Shown here: positions 11,834-24,189 of the stretch, in pieces | How the letters are laid out: every line of letters starts with the position of its first letter | Numbering within the stretch: position 1 is the first letter of the stretch | NCBI RefSeq assembly: GCF_006345805.1 | Contig: NC_042997.1 | Coordinates: forward strand, 82,770,001-82,834,000 | Length of the DNA stretch: 64,000 bases | From: Octopus sinensis | Lineage: Eukaryota | Reading direction: 5' to 3' | Made by a program: the position numbers and the translations under genes | Notes under the pieces: model-generated | Told to the model about the DNA's origin: nothing | What the model saw: only the letters and a program-made list of their open reading frames with translations | Database searches by the model: none

Positions 11834-13154
11834 ATATAACACCCTAATGGGAGCCTTAACTTCCAAATTTTAGTCATTTCTGTTATGATCCAAAACTAGG
11901 TCAAAAGTACTGAATGGATCTTTATGAAATTGTGAAATTATATTCTATGCATAAGGGCCATATCCCCCATGACAATTCATATATTTTTGCTGTTGATGAA
12001 ATTTTAACCATAGATATTAGACCCAAATTAAGTCATATTTATAAAATTTCATCTTCTTACAAGTTAGAAAGACCCCGCCATGGGGACTTAACGCCCACAA
12101 TTTTGTCATTTTATCTAAGCAAAAACGAATACAGTTGTGCTCTTGGAAGCTGTAGGGTTACTTGAGCATAAAAGTTGAGCATTATTTCTAATTCAATGGT
12201 ACAACAGTGTAACAGTTTGCTTTGACAAACTTACATTGTGATTTCTACAATGTGCTGCATAAATTGTCAAGTAAATGAGAGGCATCTTTGCCTCCACTGA
12301 TTCAGTTGCAAAGTGTTGAGTAAAGTTATTTGATTGCAGACCTCCTTTCAGTCTTTTAATCATCACTGGGTCACACATAGTCCCCAGATGGTAACATTGA
12401 TTTCAAGGCCTTCCCAGATGAGTGACTGGTTATTCAAAGACATTTATAGATTGTAAATTTATTCTGTCCAGTTATGTATCAGTATAGTGGTCATTTGCAA
12501 ACTTCAGAGGTGACACTTTCATTTCTCATTAGCCCTCACGTCACACAGTTGTTAATGTTGATTTCAGTTGGGTCACGCCCTTCCAATTGCTATAGATTCG
12601 TAATGCATCTTACGGCTGTGCCTGTCACCTGGATGGTGAGGAATCCTACACTGGGAGTGCTAATGACTAGGGTAGGGTAGCTGACTGCTTATTGTGATCA
12701 TTCGTCTTTTGGTTTCCTGTAGCTTTGCTCTCTTTTACAAACCCAGTGAACATATATTTCCTATTTCAAGCAAATTCAAACAATAGATATAAGACCCAAG
12801 TTAAAAAGATTCTCAACAATTCAACTTCTCTGATTGACATTAAGATGCCCATCCCCAACAGGGGCCTTAACTCTCACATTTTAGAGCTCCATGACCTTCA
12901 TTTTTCAGGAGCAAAATGTTTTTAACAGGTTCAATAAGACTGGAATTTTGGAATATGCACATAAAAATCAGTAGTATGGGATACATGTGGCACGATTACA
13001 ATTTTTTTAGGGTGTGTAAAGAAGGAAATAACCCTCATCTGCAATTTTGATGAAATTCGAAACATAGATATTCCAGTTCATTACAGAAAATATAACAGAA
13101 AAGTCTAATTCTTCAATTGAATGTAACCAGGCAATGCTTGGGTATCCTTGCTAG
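10837..13154 (+). mobile_element. 2.3-kb Helitron-bounded insertion (possibly composite) containing a SINE and microsatellites
   Basis: A|TCTATATAT start; hairpin ccaggc-aat-gcttgg then CTAG|T; removing it restores a palindrome arm exactly (empty site visible at about 13600-13620). Confidence 0.8.
11342..11665 (+). mobile_element. tRNA-headed SINE inserted in the Helitron
   Basis: Same family. Confidence 0.8.
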
Positions 13155-13171
13155 TATATAATAAGTAAAAA

Positions 13172-13272
13172 GACTACGTATGTTTGTGGCTATAACTTCA
13201 ATTTGAATTACAATTAAATTTAAATTTAATCAAAAAACAATTCAATTTAAAAGTATAGTCACTCCTCAGGTC
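13172..13272 (-). ncRNA. Inverted copy of the 13.5-kb hammerhead, G12 deleted
   Basis: The minus strand reads GAC CTGAGGA GTGACTATA...TATAGCCAC AAAC ATAC GTA GTC. Confidence 0.55.
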
Positions 13273-13493
13273 AACAATAACAATAATAGTCACATAAATA
13301 ATCAAATAGAATTAAACAATATTTCTTAAAGAAATAAAATCATGATTGTTCTTATAGAAGAAACTCCGTTAACTAAATTTGAAACTTAAAAAGTAGGACC
13401 AAGTTCTATAAGAACAATCATGATTTTATTTCTTGAAGAAATATTGTTTAATTCTATTTGATTATTTATTTAACTATTATTGTTATTATTGTT

Positions 13494-13595
13494 GACCTGA
13501 GGAGTGACTATACTTTTAAATTGAATTGTCTTTTGATTAAATTTAAATTTAATTGTAATTTGAATTGAAGTTATAGCCACGAAACACACGTAGTC
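13494..13595 (+). ncRNA. Type I hammerhead ribozyme motif, intact core, short helix I
   Basis: GAC/GTC helix I; CTGAGGA 13497-13503; helix II GTG-a-CTATA/TATAG-c-CAC; GAAAC-ACAC-GTA 13581-13592. Confidence 0.7.
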
Positions 13596-13747
13596 TTTTT
13601 ACTTATTATATATTGTTTATTCATTTGTTTGTACTTTTTGTGATCTAGTTATATGTTTTATAATATATTTTATTTTTTCTTTATGATTTGGTTTATGTCA
13701 ATCATTGTTTGAATTACATAATAGTAGTTTTTCTCTAATTTATATAT

Positions 13748-13783
<36 letters not shown>

Positions 13784-13913
13784 GTTAATCCAAACATGAT
13801 ACATGCATGTATATTTGTTGGAATTGTCATTTTAGTAAATAAATAGATAAATTGACATAATATAATGTCTACACCTATTGATCCCCTTTATTTTCTTATT
13901 GCTCTCTCTTTCA

Positions 13914-13994
<81 letters not shown>

Positions 13995-14010
13995 CTTCAT
14001 ATTTGTTCAG

Positions 14011-14241
14011 TATTTCAGGGAACCGTCACTAATGAAGAAATCAAAGAGCTTCATAATGCTCTACACAACATTAATTTGTCATCAACTCTTCCAGCTAATG
14101 AAATACTTCCATCAAATAATTTGGTTGTTGAGAACACAAAGCAGCCACACTACCTTGTGGATGATTCTGTTCAGTTTTCTAATGATACACATCTTAAAAA
14201 TAATACTAAAGAACATATTCAAAATGCTACTCTCAATACTG
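14011..14241 (+). CDS. CEP162: CEP162 exon (VFQGTVTNEEIKELHNALHN...ATLNT), phase 1-1
   Basis: CAG acceptor ending at 14010 keeps the frame (the CAG at 14018 would not); GTAAGT donor at 14242; overlaps ORF 13878..14252. Confidence 0.7.
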
Positions 14242-15490
14242 GTAAGTATTAGAATTATATTGATTTTATTCTTAGTCATAAGGCCTACAATTTATATGGA
14301 AGAGGATTGAGATTGTAGGACATTCTTGTCTTTATCATGGGGGTAGACTTTACCTTTCATCTTGTGATTTATATAAAACAAAGTACCAGTAAAGTACTTG
14401 GGTAATTTAATGTGCTATACCTCAAACCACAAATTTGTGGTTTTGTACCTCATTTCAAAATTGTCATCATTAATATTGATTTCAAATTTTGGCTTAACGC
14501 CAGCAATTTCAGAGTTGGGGGCAAGTCAATCACATTGACCCCAGTGTTCCACTGAACGTTGGCAGAATTTGAACTCAGAACATAGAGATGGATGAAATGT
14601 CATTAAGCCTTATCAGAATTGATACTTTAAGCATTAAATTAGAATATAGTTTTTTTTGCTAAAAAAACAACAAAAAAAAAACAAAAACAAAAATAACCCA
14701 TATTCTGGCACTCTGTCAGTCATGATGATGAGAATTCCAGTCTATCCTATCAATGAAACAACATGTTTGTGAAATTAACATACAAGTGACTAAGCACTCC
14801 ACAGACATGCATACCTTTAATGTAGTTCTCAAAGAGATTCAATGTGATGCAGGATATGATAAGGCTGGCCCTTTGAAATAAAGGCATTACTCATATTTGC
14901 CAGCTGATTGAAGTGGATCAATGTGAAATAGAATGTCTTGCTCAAGGACACAACATGCTGCTGGTTATCAAACTCACGATCTTACGATTGTAATCCAAAT
15001 ACCCTAACCACTAAGTCATGTACCCTGACACAAACCATATACACAGGTATACCTCAACTTAATGTTGTTTGCCACTTTTGACCTAAGATCAAATAAACCT
15101 CAACTTCAGTTGACTTATCTGACTTTATGATGGGCTCAGTGAACATATTTAAAAGCATAGAAATATAAAAATAAAAAAGCACCTGAAATCAAATAAAATA
15201 CACATGAAAATATGTACAAACCCAAACCATTTATTAAAAAAGTTATAAGCTAATAAAATTCTTAAAATGATTTTTTTGTGTTACACAATTATTGAGATAA
15301 GTCATGTTTTGGAACCAGTTAACAGTGTAAGTTGAGGTATTCCTGTTTTTGCATAATGAATTTAATTTTAGTCTACAAAGTTTTAGTATACGAGTTATTT
15401 TATTTGCACATTTTTATTCTGTAGATAATCTTGTAGCTAATAATTGGGGATGTTATTCTTTAAATTAATAATTTGTGTTTGTTTTATCAG

Positions 15491-15568
15491 AGGCTAAAGA
15501 AAACAACACATATGAAAGTCTAGTGAAAGAATCAGAGAAAACAGAATTAAATCAGAGAATATCAAATG
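15491..15568 (+). CDS. CEP162: CEP162 exon (EAKENNTYESLVKESEKTELNQRISN), phase 1-1
   Basis: TTTTATCAG acceptor, GTAAGT donor at 15569, 78 nt open. Confidence 0.7.
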
Positions 15569-15834
15569 GTAAGTTTCTCTTTCAGCATTTTCATATTCTT
15601 TTAGTGTTTAAAACACATAAAATTCTTTAGAGAACAAGTGTGAAAGTTCATTAGTGTAAGTCTTTGCCTGCAGTGTGGCCCCAGGCAAAACATGGTATTT
15701 GCAATAGTAGGTTTAAATTTTACAATTCAGTGGTTTGACTATTGTTTTGGTCAACAGTTTTACTTCACTTCAATGTTGAAAAAGATCAGAAAGATATAGT
15801 GGATGAATAAAAGAAAAAAAATGTATCAGAATGA

Positions 15835-15982
15835 TTCAGGCTATGTGGAAGAAGTTTCCTGCTGAACCATATGATTTAGTCCCACTGTGTGGTTCCTTAG
15901 ACAAGTGTCTTGTACTATAGCCATGGTCTTACTAAATTCTTATGAGTGGATTTAGTGGATAAGAACAGAAAGAAGCCTGTCG

Positions 15983-16014
<32 letters not shown>

Positions 16015-16210
16015 TGTACATATGTATGTATGTGTGTATGTGCGTGTGTACCTTTATGTTTGTGTCTGTTTCTTTCTCACTGCTTGATAACTGTGTTAGG
16101 TTGTTTACATCTCTGTAACTTAGTAGTTCAGCAAAAGAGACCTGTGAAATAAGTACCAGACTTTAAAAGAAAATATGTACTGGGGTTGAATTATTGAACA
16201 TTTCAAGGTG
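15835..16210 (+). mobile_element. tRNA-headed SINE
   Basis: Same family. Confidence 0.75.
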
Positions 16211-16679
16211 GTACCCCAGCTAAATCTGAATTTCACTAGCAACCACATACTTGGATCAATTTAGCCTCTAATGATATAGAAAAACAATAATTAACAAACC
16301 ACCAGTGTCACAAATAGTTAGTAGACCAGATAAAAATTTATTCTTAGTGACAGAAGCAGTATTATTTCAAAATAGCATTCTGTATGTCTTACTTAACATG
16401 CATACACATTAGAAAAGCATACAACTGTGGTATTTGTCTTGAGAAAGTATCTTATATAGATGTATAAAAAGCACAGAAGAGTATCATTAAAATTTCAGAT
16501 GAAAATTATATAGCAGTGACAGTGAAATTACTAAATCCAGGTTTCTGCTTCTTTGAGCATCATTAGACATTTCAGTTGGTTGCTTGGCTGGGTGCATCTC
16601 TAATATAGAATTTAACAAAAATGCCGTTAAGTCAATAGTTTGGGTTTCAAAGATTATTGGTCTCTGTTGTATACTTTAG

Positions 16680-16768
16680 CAGAGAATTCTGAAGGAAACA
16701 TTTATGGTTTTGACCTCAGTCCTGTTGTCATCGACAATGAACCAGCTTCATCAGTGTCAGCACCATTT
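16680..16768 (+). CDS. CEP162: CEP162 exon (AENSEGNIYGFDLSPVVIDNEPASSVSAPF), phase 1-0
   Basis: TAGCAG tandem acceptor, GTGAGT donor at 16769; supplies the phase 1-to-0 switch required by the next exon. Confidence 0.65.
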
Positions 16769-17289
16769 GTGAGTAACCATTTTTCTCAGCTATTTTAAAC
16801 ATTAATGTATAACAACCCATCTTTTGATTTTCTTTACATATATGCTTTGAGGAGGAAGAAAGGCAATGCCTATGGCCTTTTACAGAACTTCTGATACTGG
16901 AAATTGGGTGGGGTGGAGAAAGAGTGGAAGAAGCTATAACATGTGATTGTGTTAATCCAAATTGTTCAACTTAAACCAGAGTGGAAGATGGACATGGAAA
17001 GATGATGATAATGATGATGAAGATGATCAAACATGCTCACACACACACATGCACAGACACTCTCACACACATACATGCACACACAAACACACGCACACAT
17101 ACACACACACACACACACACGTCAACCTAATTAATAAAAATTATGGAAAGGAGAGGTGATAATATGTATCCCTACTGGAGTCTGACTCCCACATTGAAAA
17201 TTTTAAATTTTCACCATTTACCTGAATACAAACATTTGGGCCATTTGTGTAGAGACTTCATGGCAGCCAGAAGTTATCTATTAATCTCA

Positions 17290-17750
17290 GACTCTTGCAC
17301 AACTGTCCACAGCAGATCCTGTGGCATGCAATGAAATGTCCATTTTGAGGTCTACAAATTTTTATGAACTGGATTGACATGTGCTGCTGTTGTGGAAGTG
17401 CAGTTGGTGGGTGTAGAATCATTCAGCTGATTTTTGCAGATGACGTGATAATACTTGGCTTGTCACAAGGTCATCTCCAGCATGCACTGAATGGATTTGC
17501 TGCTGAGTGCTGCAAGGAAGGCATGAGAATATATATTATGAAAACTGAGACAGGAGTTCTCTCAAGAAAGTCTTCCCAGTGCATTCTGCATGTTGGTGGA
17601 ACATTATTGAAGCAAGTGGAGAAGTTTATGTCTCTTGGGGCTGTATTCACATGTAATGGGAAGCAGGAGGAGGCTGAATTAGATGCTAGGATTGCAGGTG
17701 CTGGTACAGTAATGCACCAGCTCCAGCATTCAATTCTCAGAAGAGGTTGG
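17290..17750 (+). mobile_element. Rex3/Expander-like RTE RT fragment
   Basis: LIFADDVIIL...LQHALNGFAAEC...GMRI..KTE.GVLSRK..C.LHVGG..LKQVEKF.SLG.FT..GKQE.ELDARI.GAG.VM..L. Confidence 0.75.
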
Positions 17751-17856
17751 TAAAAAAGTCAAATGTAATGTTGGGTAAAAAAAAGTTTTACTTAAAATGT
17801 TCTTAAAAATGTTTTAAGATACTTGTAATGTTTTTATTTTCTTCTTTGTATTGAAG

Positions 17857-17926
17857 GAACCCCAGAATATTGAGATTGGTACCTTTGAGCAACCCAGTCT
17901 TCTTGTGACTGATCTTAGTAAAACAA
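17857..17926 (+). CDS. CEP162: CEP162 exon (EPQNIEIGTFEQPSLLVTDLSKT), phase 0-1
   Basis: Pyrimidine tract plus AAG acceptor, GTAAGT donor at 17927. Confidence 0.65.
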
Positions 17927-18586
17927 GTAAGTTATAACTATCAGTTGCTTTTATATACCTAATATGTAACTACATTTACCTCACTTTTCATAAAAATTCA
18001 TCTCACATAATGCTGTTTATTCCTTATTTAAATCCTTATTTAATTCTTTATTTAAATCACATTTCACTAAGATTACATCATCATGATATCACACTTACTT
18101 CACATATCACCTTATTTATCACAGATTGCACTGTGATTATGTAGATGTCATATGGCCGACATGAAATCATGAAAATTTGGATCTTGGGAAAATGTCTTTT
18201 ACTACAACCTTGGGTTTCACTGAAGCCTTGTGGGTAAAATTGGGTAAATAGAAACCATATGGAAGCTATGTGGATGAATTGTATGTGTAATTGAAAGGTG
18301 CAGCCTTGTCACATTCTGTGTTATGCTGGATCTGTTTGATGATTAAGGTTATATGTGTCTATGGAATACCCAACCACTTTCACCCTAATTCAATGAGTTG
18401 ATAACACAATTGATGAAACTATTGCAAATTCATGGCTGCAAATTGTGACAGATCTATTATTAGCAACGAGCTTACCATAAATGCATCTATATTTACTAAA
18501 CATTTCATTAAAAGTACCTTACATTAATCCCTCTGTTGGCCTTACATAACCATTCTCGTTTAAATAACATTTAACAATTGTTTCAG

Positions 18587-18724
18587 CCAATGTGTCAAAG
18601 AAGACCAACAAATACAGCAATGTACCTAGTTCAGGTTATGGATGGAAGACAGTTTCACTTCAGCGATCCAAAACAAAAACTTCAGTTAATTCTAATAAAT
18701 CTGCTGAAGTAAGCAAGACATCTG
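18587..18724 (+). CDS. CEP162: CEP162 exon (TNVSKKTNKYSNVPSSGYGWK...VSKTS), phase 1-1
   Basis: TTTCAG acceptor; GTGAGA donor at 18725 fits the next exon (a second donor lies at 18709); SSGYG resembles a recalled CEP162 motif. Confidence 0.7.
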
Positions 18725-19252
18725 GTGAGATTTGAGTGTTGAATTTGTTCTTTCACGTTTTCTTCTTTATTTCTGTTATTCTTTCATTCATTCATTTATT
18801 TCTTTTCTTTTTCTTGTCTTTTGATTTCTTCAGCATATTTGACAGCATAATTTGTGTGGGTTTAATGAACCTTTTTTGGATATTTGTTTGCATTGACTAG
18901 CTCTTGCATCATTCTCAGATCAGATTTCTTCTGAATGTAACATTATTATGCGTAGAATACCTAACTACCACCATTATATAACCTGATCCAGTGTGCCACA
19001 GACACAAGCATTCAACATTTGTTCAAATAAATCATTTGGGTCAATGCAACACTGATCAGTGTCTTGAACTTGTAGTGAGTAGTTTCTCAGGTTGTTAGAT
19101 GGGGAAAGTAAAAGAGTTAACTGGTTAAACTGTTGTTACTATATCAATATCAAAGATGAGATTACAGATTTAAATTAAGTTCAGTGTATGAAAGCTCTTC
19201 TGAAGCATAAATTAAGACGACAAATTAGACATGAGTTTGTATTTTGTTTCAG

Positions 19253-19344
19253 GAACAAGCCAAGTTGCACTGGTGAAATCAAAGATGGAATTAGCGAAGA
19301 ATACAGAAAAAAGTTTAGAACAACTTTCAAAATATTTTAGTGAT
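19253..19344 (+). CDS. CEP162: CEP162 exon (GTSQVALVKSKMELAKNTEKSLEQLSKYFSD), phase 1-0
   Basis: TTTTGTTTCAG acceptor, GTAAGA donor at 19345; open only in phase 1. Confidence 0.7.
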
Positions 19345-20454
19345 GTAAGAAAAAATATATATCATTTATGAGAAATTTTAAAGATTAATGAATTGAGAAA
19401 GCATCTGTCAATAGATGCTTTTCTTTTAAATGAAGATCATTGTATTAATCTATATTAATATCCACCTGGATATAGGCTTGGAAACATGATATTGATTTAA
19501 TAATACATTGTCTAGATATAAATGTACACGCACACACACATCCATGCACATATATCTACTAGGTTGCTGCTGATTGTTCCCATAGTTGTCCTTCTCTTAT
19601 TGAACCCTTGAGCATTATCCTAGTCAGTAGAGCCTCTGACAGTTGGTATACTTTTCCAGCTGCCATCAATCTAGGATAAATTGTTTTAGTAACACCTCCA
19701 CTATCAACTAATCTCATGGCAACACCATGCCCAGCTGTTTCTTTTAGCTAGCAACAAATAGCGTTTGTACCAAGGCCTTTGTCTTTTCTTGCACAACACA
19801 TGTGGCATGAAGCAGGAGACTTACTGTGTGAGCAACAGCCAGTCTTCAAAAAAAAAAAAAAGATAAAAGAAACCTTACCTGAGACTGGGCTCTGAGGAGA
19901 AACTTTCCAGTTGCACAGTCAATCTTGGGTAACAGAGATCTTAGATTAACTCCTAGATATAGAGATCAGTGAATTCAAAAGATTATGATAAAAAATGTTA
20001 ATGCTTTAATGTAAAACACAATTATAAACTTAATAGTGAATAAACACTGCAATTAATGGATGACTGCCAAAATATATGTGTGCACACACACACACACAAA
20101 CACACACAAACACACACGCATGCTAATCACTTTACAGAGTGTAAGAAAAGCACCTAGTACATTTATGGTAGTTAGCATTAGGAAAGGAATCCAGCCATGG
20201 AAAATCTGCCCAGCAGCATGGAAAAAACATAGAAAAGTGAGTGTTCAAATAGTTGAATAGTTGATAGAGAGGATGATGATGATGATGATGTGTGTGTGTG
20301 AGTGTATGTGTGTGTATATCCATCCATCAATCCATCCACCTATCCATCCCTCCCATCAGGCTTTATTTAAAATTTTTGAACTTGCATTGTTTTGGCTTAA
20401 AAAAGAATTTAAACGCAAAAATCAAATCAAATCAAATCAAAACAAATCAAAATG

Positions 20455-21008
20455 ATGAGCATAAATGGAATTTGTATCTTTGTGGTACCAGTGCCGGTGG
20501 CACACAAGAAAATCATCCGAACGTGGCCGTAGCCAGTACCGCATAGACTGGCCTCGTGCTTGGGGACGTAACAAACCCATCCGATCGTGGCCGTCCGCCA
20601 GCCTCATCTGGCACCTGTGTCGGTGGCACATAAAAACACCATCCGAGCGTGGCCGTCTGCCAGCCTCGTCTGGCACCTGCCAGCCTCATCTGGCACCGTG
20701 TCGGTGGCACATAAAAACACCATCCGAGCGTGCCGTCTGCCAGCCTCGTCTGGCACCTGTGTCGGTGGCACATAAAAACACCATCCGAGCGTGGCCGTTC
20801 GCCAGCCTCGTCTGGCACCTGTCGGTGGCACATAAAATCACCCACTACACTCTCGGAGTGGTTGGCGTTAGGAAGGGCATCCAGCTGTAGAAACACTGCC
20901 AGATCTGACTGGCCTGGTGCAGCCTTCGGGCTCCCCAGACCCAGTTGAACCGTCCAACCCATGCTAGCATGGAAAACGGACGCTAAATGATGATGATGAT
21001 GATGATGA
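20455..21008 (+). mobile_element. Young RTE 3'UTR / SINE copy with a ~60-bp VNTR
   Basis: CpG-rich repeated ggtggcacataaaaacaccatccgagcgtggccg units; (GAT)n tail. Confidence 0.85.
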
Positions 21009-21044
21009 TATATGAGACAATGCTTCATGAAAACAATATATATC

Positions 21045-21460
21045 ATCATCATTTCATGTCCACTTTCCATGCTTGCATGGGTTAGATGGTTTGACTGGAA
21101 CTGGTAAACCAGAGAACTGCACCAATTCAAGTCTGATTTTGGCTTGGTTTCTACAGCCGGATGCCCTTCCCAATGCCAACCACTCTGAGAGTGTAGTGAG
21201 TGCCTTTTACGTGTCACTGGCATGGGTGATTTTATTTGTCACAAACACAGATGCTGTTACATGACACCAGCTTTTGATTTCACTTGGCTTGACTAGTCTT
21301 CTCAAGCAAAGCAAATCTCCAAAGGTCACAATCACTTGTCATTGCCTCTGTGAGACACCACATTTGAAAATCATGCTTCACTACCTCATCCCATGTCTTC
21401 CTGGGTCTACCTCTTCCCCAAGTTCCTTCCACAGTTAGAGATCAGCACTTCTTTATGCAA
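21045..21460 (-). mobile_element. RTE 3' end, tail-to-tail with 20455..21008
   Basis: Same UTR on the minus strand plus the antisense ORF2 end. Confidence 0.7.
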
Positions 21461-22394
21461 TTGTCCTCATCCATACACATCACTTAGAAACCACATTGCT
21501 GCTCTCCATATGGCTTCTGTAAAAAAGAACAAAGATAGAAGTAATCTTCTTCATGATATTGGATCACATCGGCAGGCTCTCTGTGCCGGGAGAGATTTGG
21601 AGATTCGGCGCCAGCTCTGCCAGATTGATAAGGTTTTGTTTTTTTTATGATAATCAATGATCAGCATCAAATTAATATATCTTCTTTCATTGTTTGTTTT
21701 TAAAGGGATTCAAGTAAAACTGTTTCTTTTCCCATATTACTCGACATATCTGCTCATTTAAGCATGGCTGTGTTGTGTTTGAGAACTCTTGCTTCCCAAC
21801 CACATGATTTCAGATTCAGCCCCACTGTGTAGCATGTGCCTTCTGCTATAGCCAAAGGCTCTGTGAGTGGATTTGGTTGGTGGAAACTGAAAAAAGCTCA
21901 TCATGTATATATACATATGTGTTTTCCAAAATGGAGGCAAACACCTTTCTCCATGTGATTGACTTAAAAAATTTTAAGGCACTTGGGTATTTTCCTGCTT
22001 TTCTTAGCACAAAACCAATGTTAGCCTTAATTTACAAATACAAAAACTATATATCCACCAATGCAGTGTTGAGCTCTCATTTTTATCTTTTGACGAACCA
22101 AATTCGATGACTGGCACCCATGCCAGTGGAGTGATAACAGCTCCATCTGAGCAGGATCACTGCCAGAGCAGCTGTCTGGCTTCCATGCTGGTGGCACGTA
22201 AAAGCACTAATTACACTCTCGGAGTGGTTGGCGTTAGGAAGGGCATCCAGCTGTAGAAACTCTGCCAGATCAGATTGGAGCCTGGTGCAGCCATCTGATT
22301 TGCCAGTCCTCAGTCAAATTGTCCAACCCATTCTAGCATGGAAAGCGGACATTAAACGATGATAATAATATAATAATATAATCACATAACCATA

Positions 22395-23060
22395 CTAGCA
22401 CAGTCGTCTCTCTTGCACACCACATCTGATGCCTCTTATGCCCAATTTTTCTCTCAAGATGCATACACTTTGTTATACATGCATGCTGACATTGCACATC
22501 CAGTGGAGCATGCTAGCTTCATTGCTTTCAAGCCTTGGCATGTCCTCTGCAGTCACAGCCCATGTTTCACTCTCATGTAGCATGGCTGTTTGCACACAGG
22601 TATCATACAGTCTGCCTTTCACTCTGAGAGAAAGGCTCTTTGTTGCTAACAAAGTTAGAAACTCTCTGAACTTTGCCCAGCCTATTCTTATTCTTGCAGC
22701 AATGCTCTTGGAACATCCATCTCCACTGCTGACTTGGTCACCTAGATAATGAAAGCTATCAACTACTTCTTGGTATCCTCACTGGCATTTGATGGAGTCT
22801 ATTTCCTGTATATTTCTAGTGTTTATTGTACCTGTGCATCTGCCACACATGAAGACTATTTTCCCTGTTAACCTTCCTCTGATATTGCTGTACCTCTTAT
22901 GTGTCCATAACTTGCACCAGGAATACTTTATGGAGCTTCTACCTCCACCTTTCCTACATGCTGAGCAGGGCCATCTACCTGAAGGGATTTGTGCTTTGTC
23001 TGCTTTCCTACTTAGACTTTAGTTTTTGCTGGTCTTAACAGCAAATACCAAAGTCATACA
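22395..23060 (-). mobile_element. RTE LINE fragment, same family as 40.2-42.4 kb
   Basis: The reverse complement matches 41170-41810, including the PHD-coding part. Confidence 0.85.
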
Positions 23061-23250
23061 ACTGGTAGTTTGCCGGCAAAGCACATTCACTGGCTTAGTG
23101 TTCATTGGGTATATAATTAATGAGAGAGATGGAAGATACAAGAATCTTTATTGATCACTGCAATTGGTTCGATCCATCTGGCATCTTCTGTCTCTCTCAT
23201 TAATTACATATGTATATTTATGTATGTATATATATAAATGTCTGTTGCAG

Positions 23251-23377
23251 TCTAGAGCACTTCAACCAATTGTTAAGAAATCAACAGATGCTGACATAAA
23301 TGACATTGCTCATCCAGAGGTCAATATTTTAAAGAAACAGTTGGAAGAAGAAAGAGAACTGATATTTCAACTGAAAG
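23251..23377 (+). CDS. CEP162: CEP162 exon (SRALQPIVKK...KKQLEEERELIFQLK), phase 0-1
   Basis: TGTTGCAG acceptor, GTAATT donor at 23378; coiled-coil-like peptide. Confidence 0.75.
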
Positions 23378-23659
23378 GTAATTCTTCCTCTTTCCCCTAG
23401 TTTTCCTTCCTTCTTTTACCTTCCCCCTTTTTCTTTCTTTGTTATTGGGTTGGTTTTATATTTTAACACTACAGTGATTCTCAAACTGTTCTGTAAGAGT
23501 TGTCTAGGTGCATCATCGATTTAGGTTTTAGAAAATCTCTATTAGTACTTCAATGTCTTGAAAAATGTGTTGCACAGGCATAGCTGTCAAGTACAGGCAT
23601 GGCTGTGTGGATAACAAGCTCAGATTCTTCAGTAAAGTTATTAACAGGCTGTGTGTTAT

Positions 23660-24000
23660 GTAAGGGAAGACCATGACTGAGCAGTTAGAGCGCTGGGCTC
23701 ACAATTATGAGGTAGTGAGTTCGATTCCCGGACTGGGCTGTGTGTTGTGTTCTTGAGCGACACTGTATTTCACATTGCTCCAGTTCACTTAGCTGTAGAA
23801 ATGAGTTGTGATGTCACTGGTGCCCAGTTGTATTGGTCTTTGACTTTCCCTTGAATAACATCGATGGTGTGGAGAAGGAAGGCTGGTATGCATGGGCAAC
23901 TGCTGGTCTTTCATAAACAACCTTGCCAGAACTTGTGCCTTGGAGAGGAACTTTCTAGGTGCAATTCCATGGTCATTCGTGACTAAAGAGGTTCTTTATA
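23660..24000 (+). mobile_element. Second tRNA-headed SINE family (gtgttcttgagc.agacac core)
   Basis: tRNA-like head agcagttagagcgctgggctcacaatt...gttcgattcccgg. Related minus copies lie at about 14700-15030, 43770-44020, 48770-49085, 49320-49570 and 59810-60000. Confidence 0.7.
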
Positions 24001-24189
24001 TATATGTGTATGTATATATATAAATTAGAAAAATAAACCACCTTTTATCAATTCAACAATGGAAAAATTAAATTATACCATATAGAAAAAATTACATCCT
24101 ATAGAAAAAAATTAAATATAAGATAAAAACATATACCAATAATTAAGTAATGTACAAAGTAATAAATAAAATGTATATATTTGGTAAAA

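Larger units (their letters stand above)
10235..13750. mobile_element. (TA)n-flanked palindromic element (pieces 10235-10309, 10698-10836, 13155-13750) split by two Helitrons; carries hammerhead motifs
   Basis: 10698-10836 plus 13155-13359 is the reverse complement of 13404-13750, with a 44-nt loop. Related termini occur at 7850-8000 and 24019-24420. Confidence 0.8.

Noticed and set aside
20437-21223. Cluster of long ORFs up to 236 aa
   Set aside because: They arise from the GC-rich VNTR of RTE tails; the same pseudo-peptides recur at every copy.
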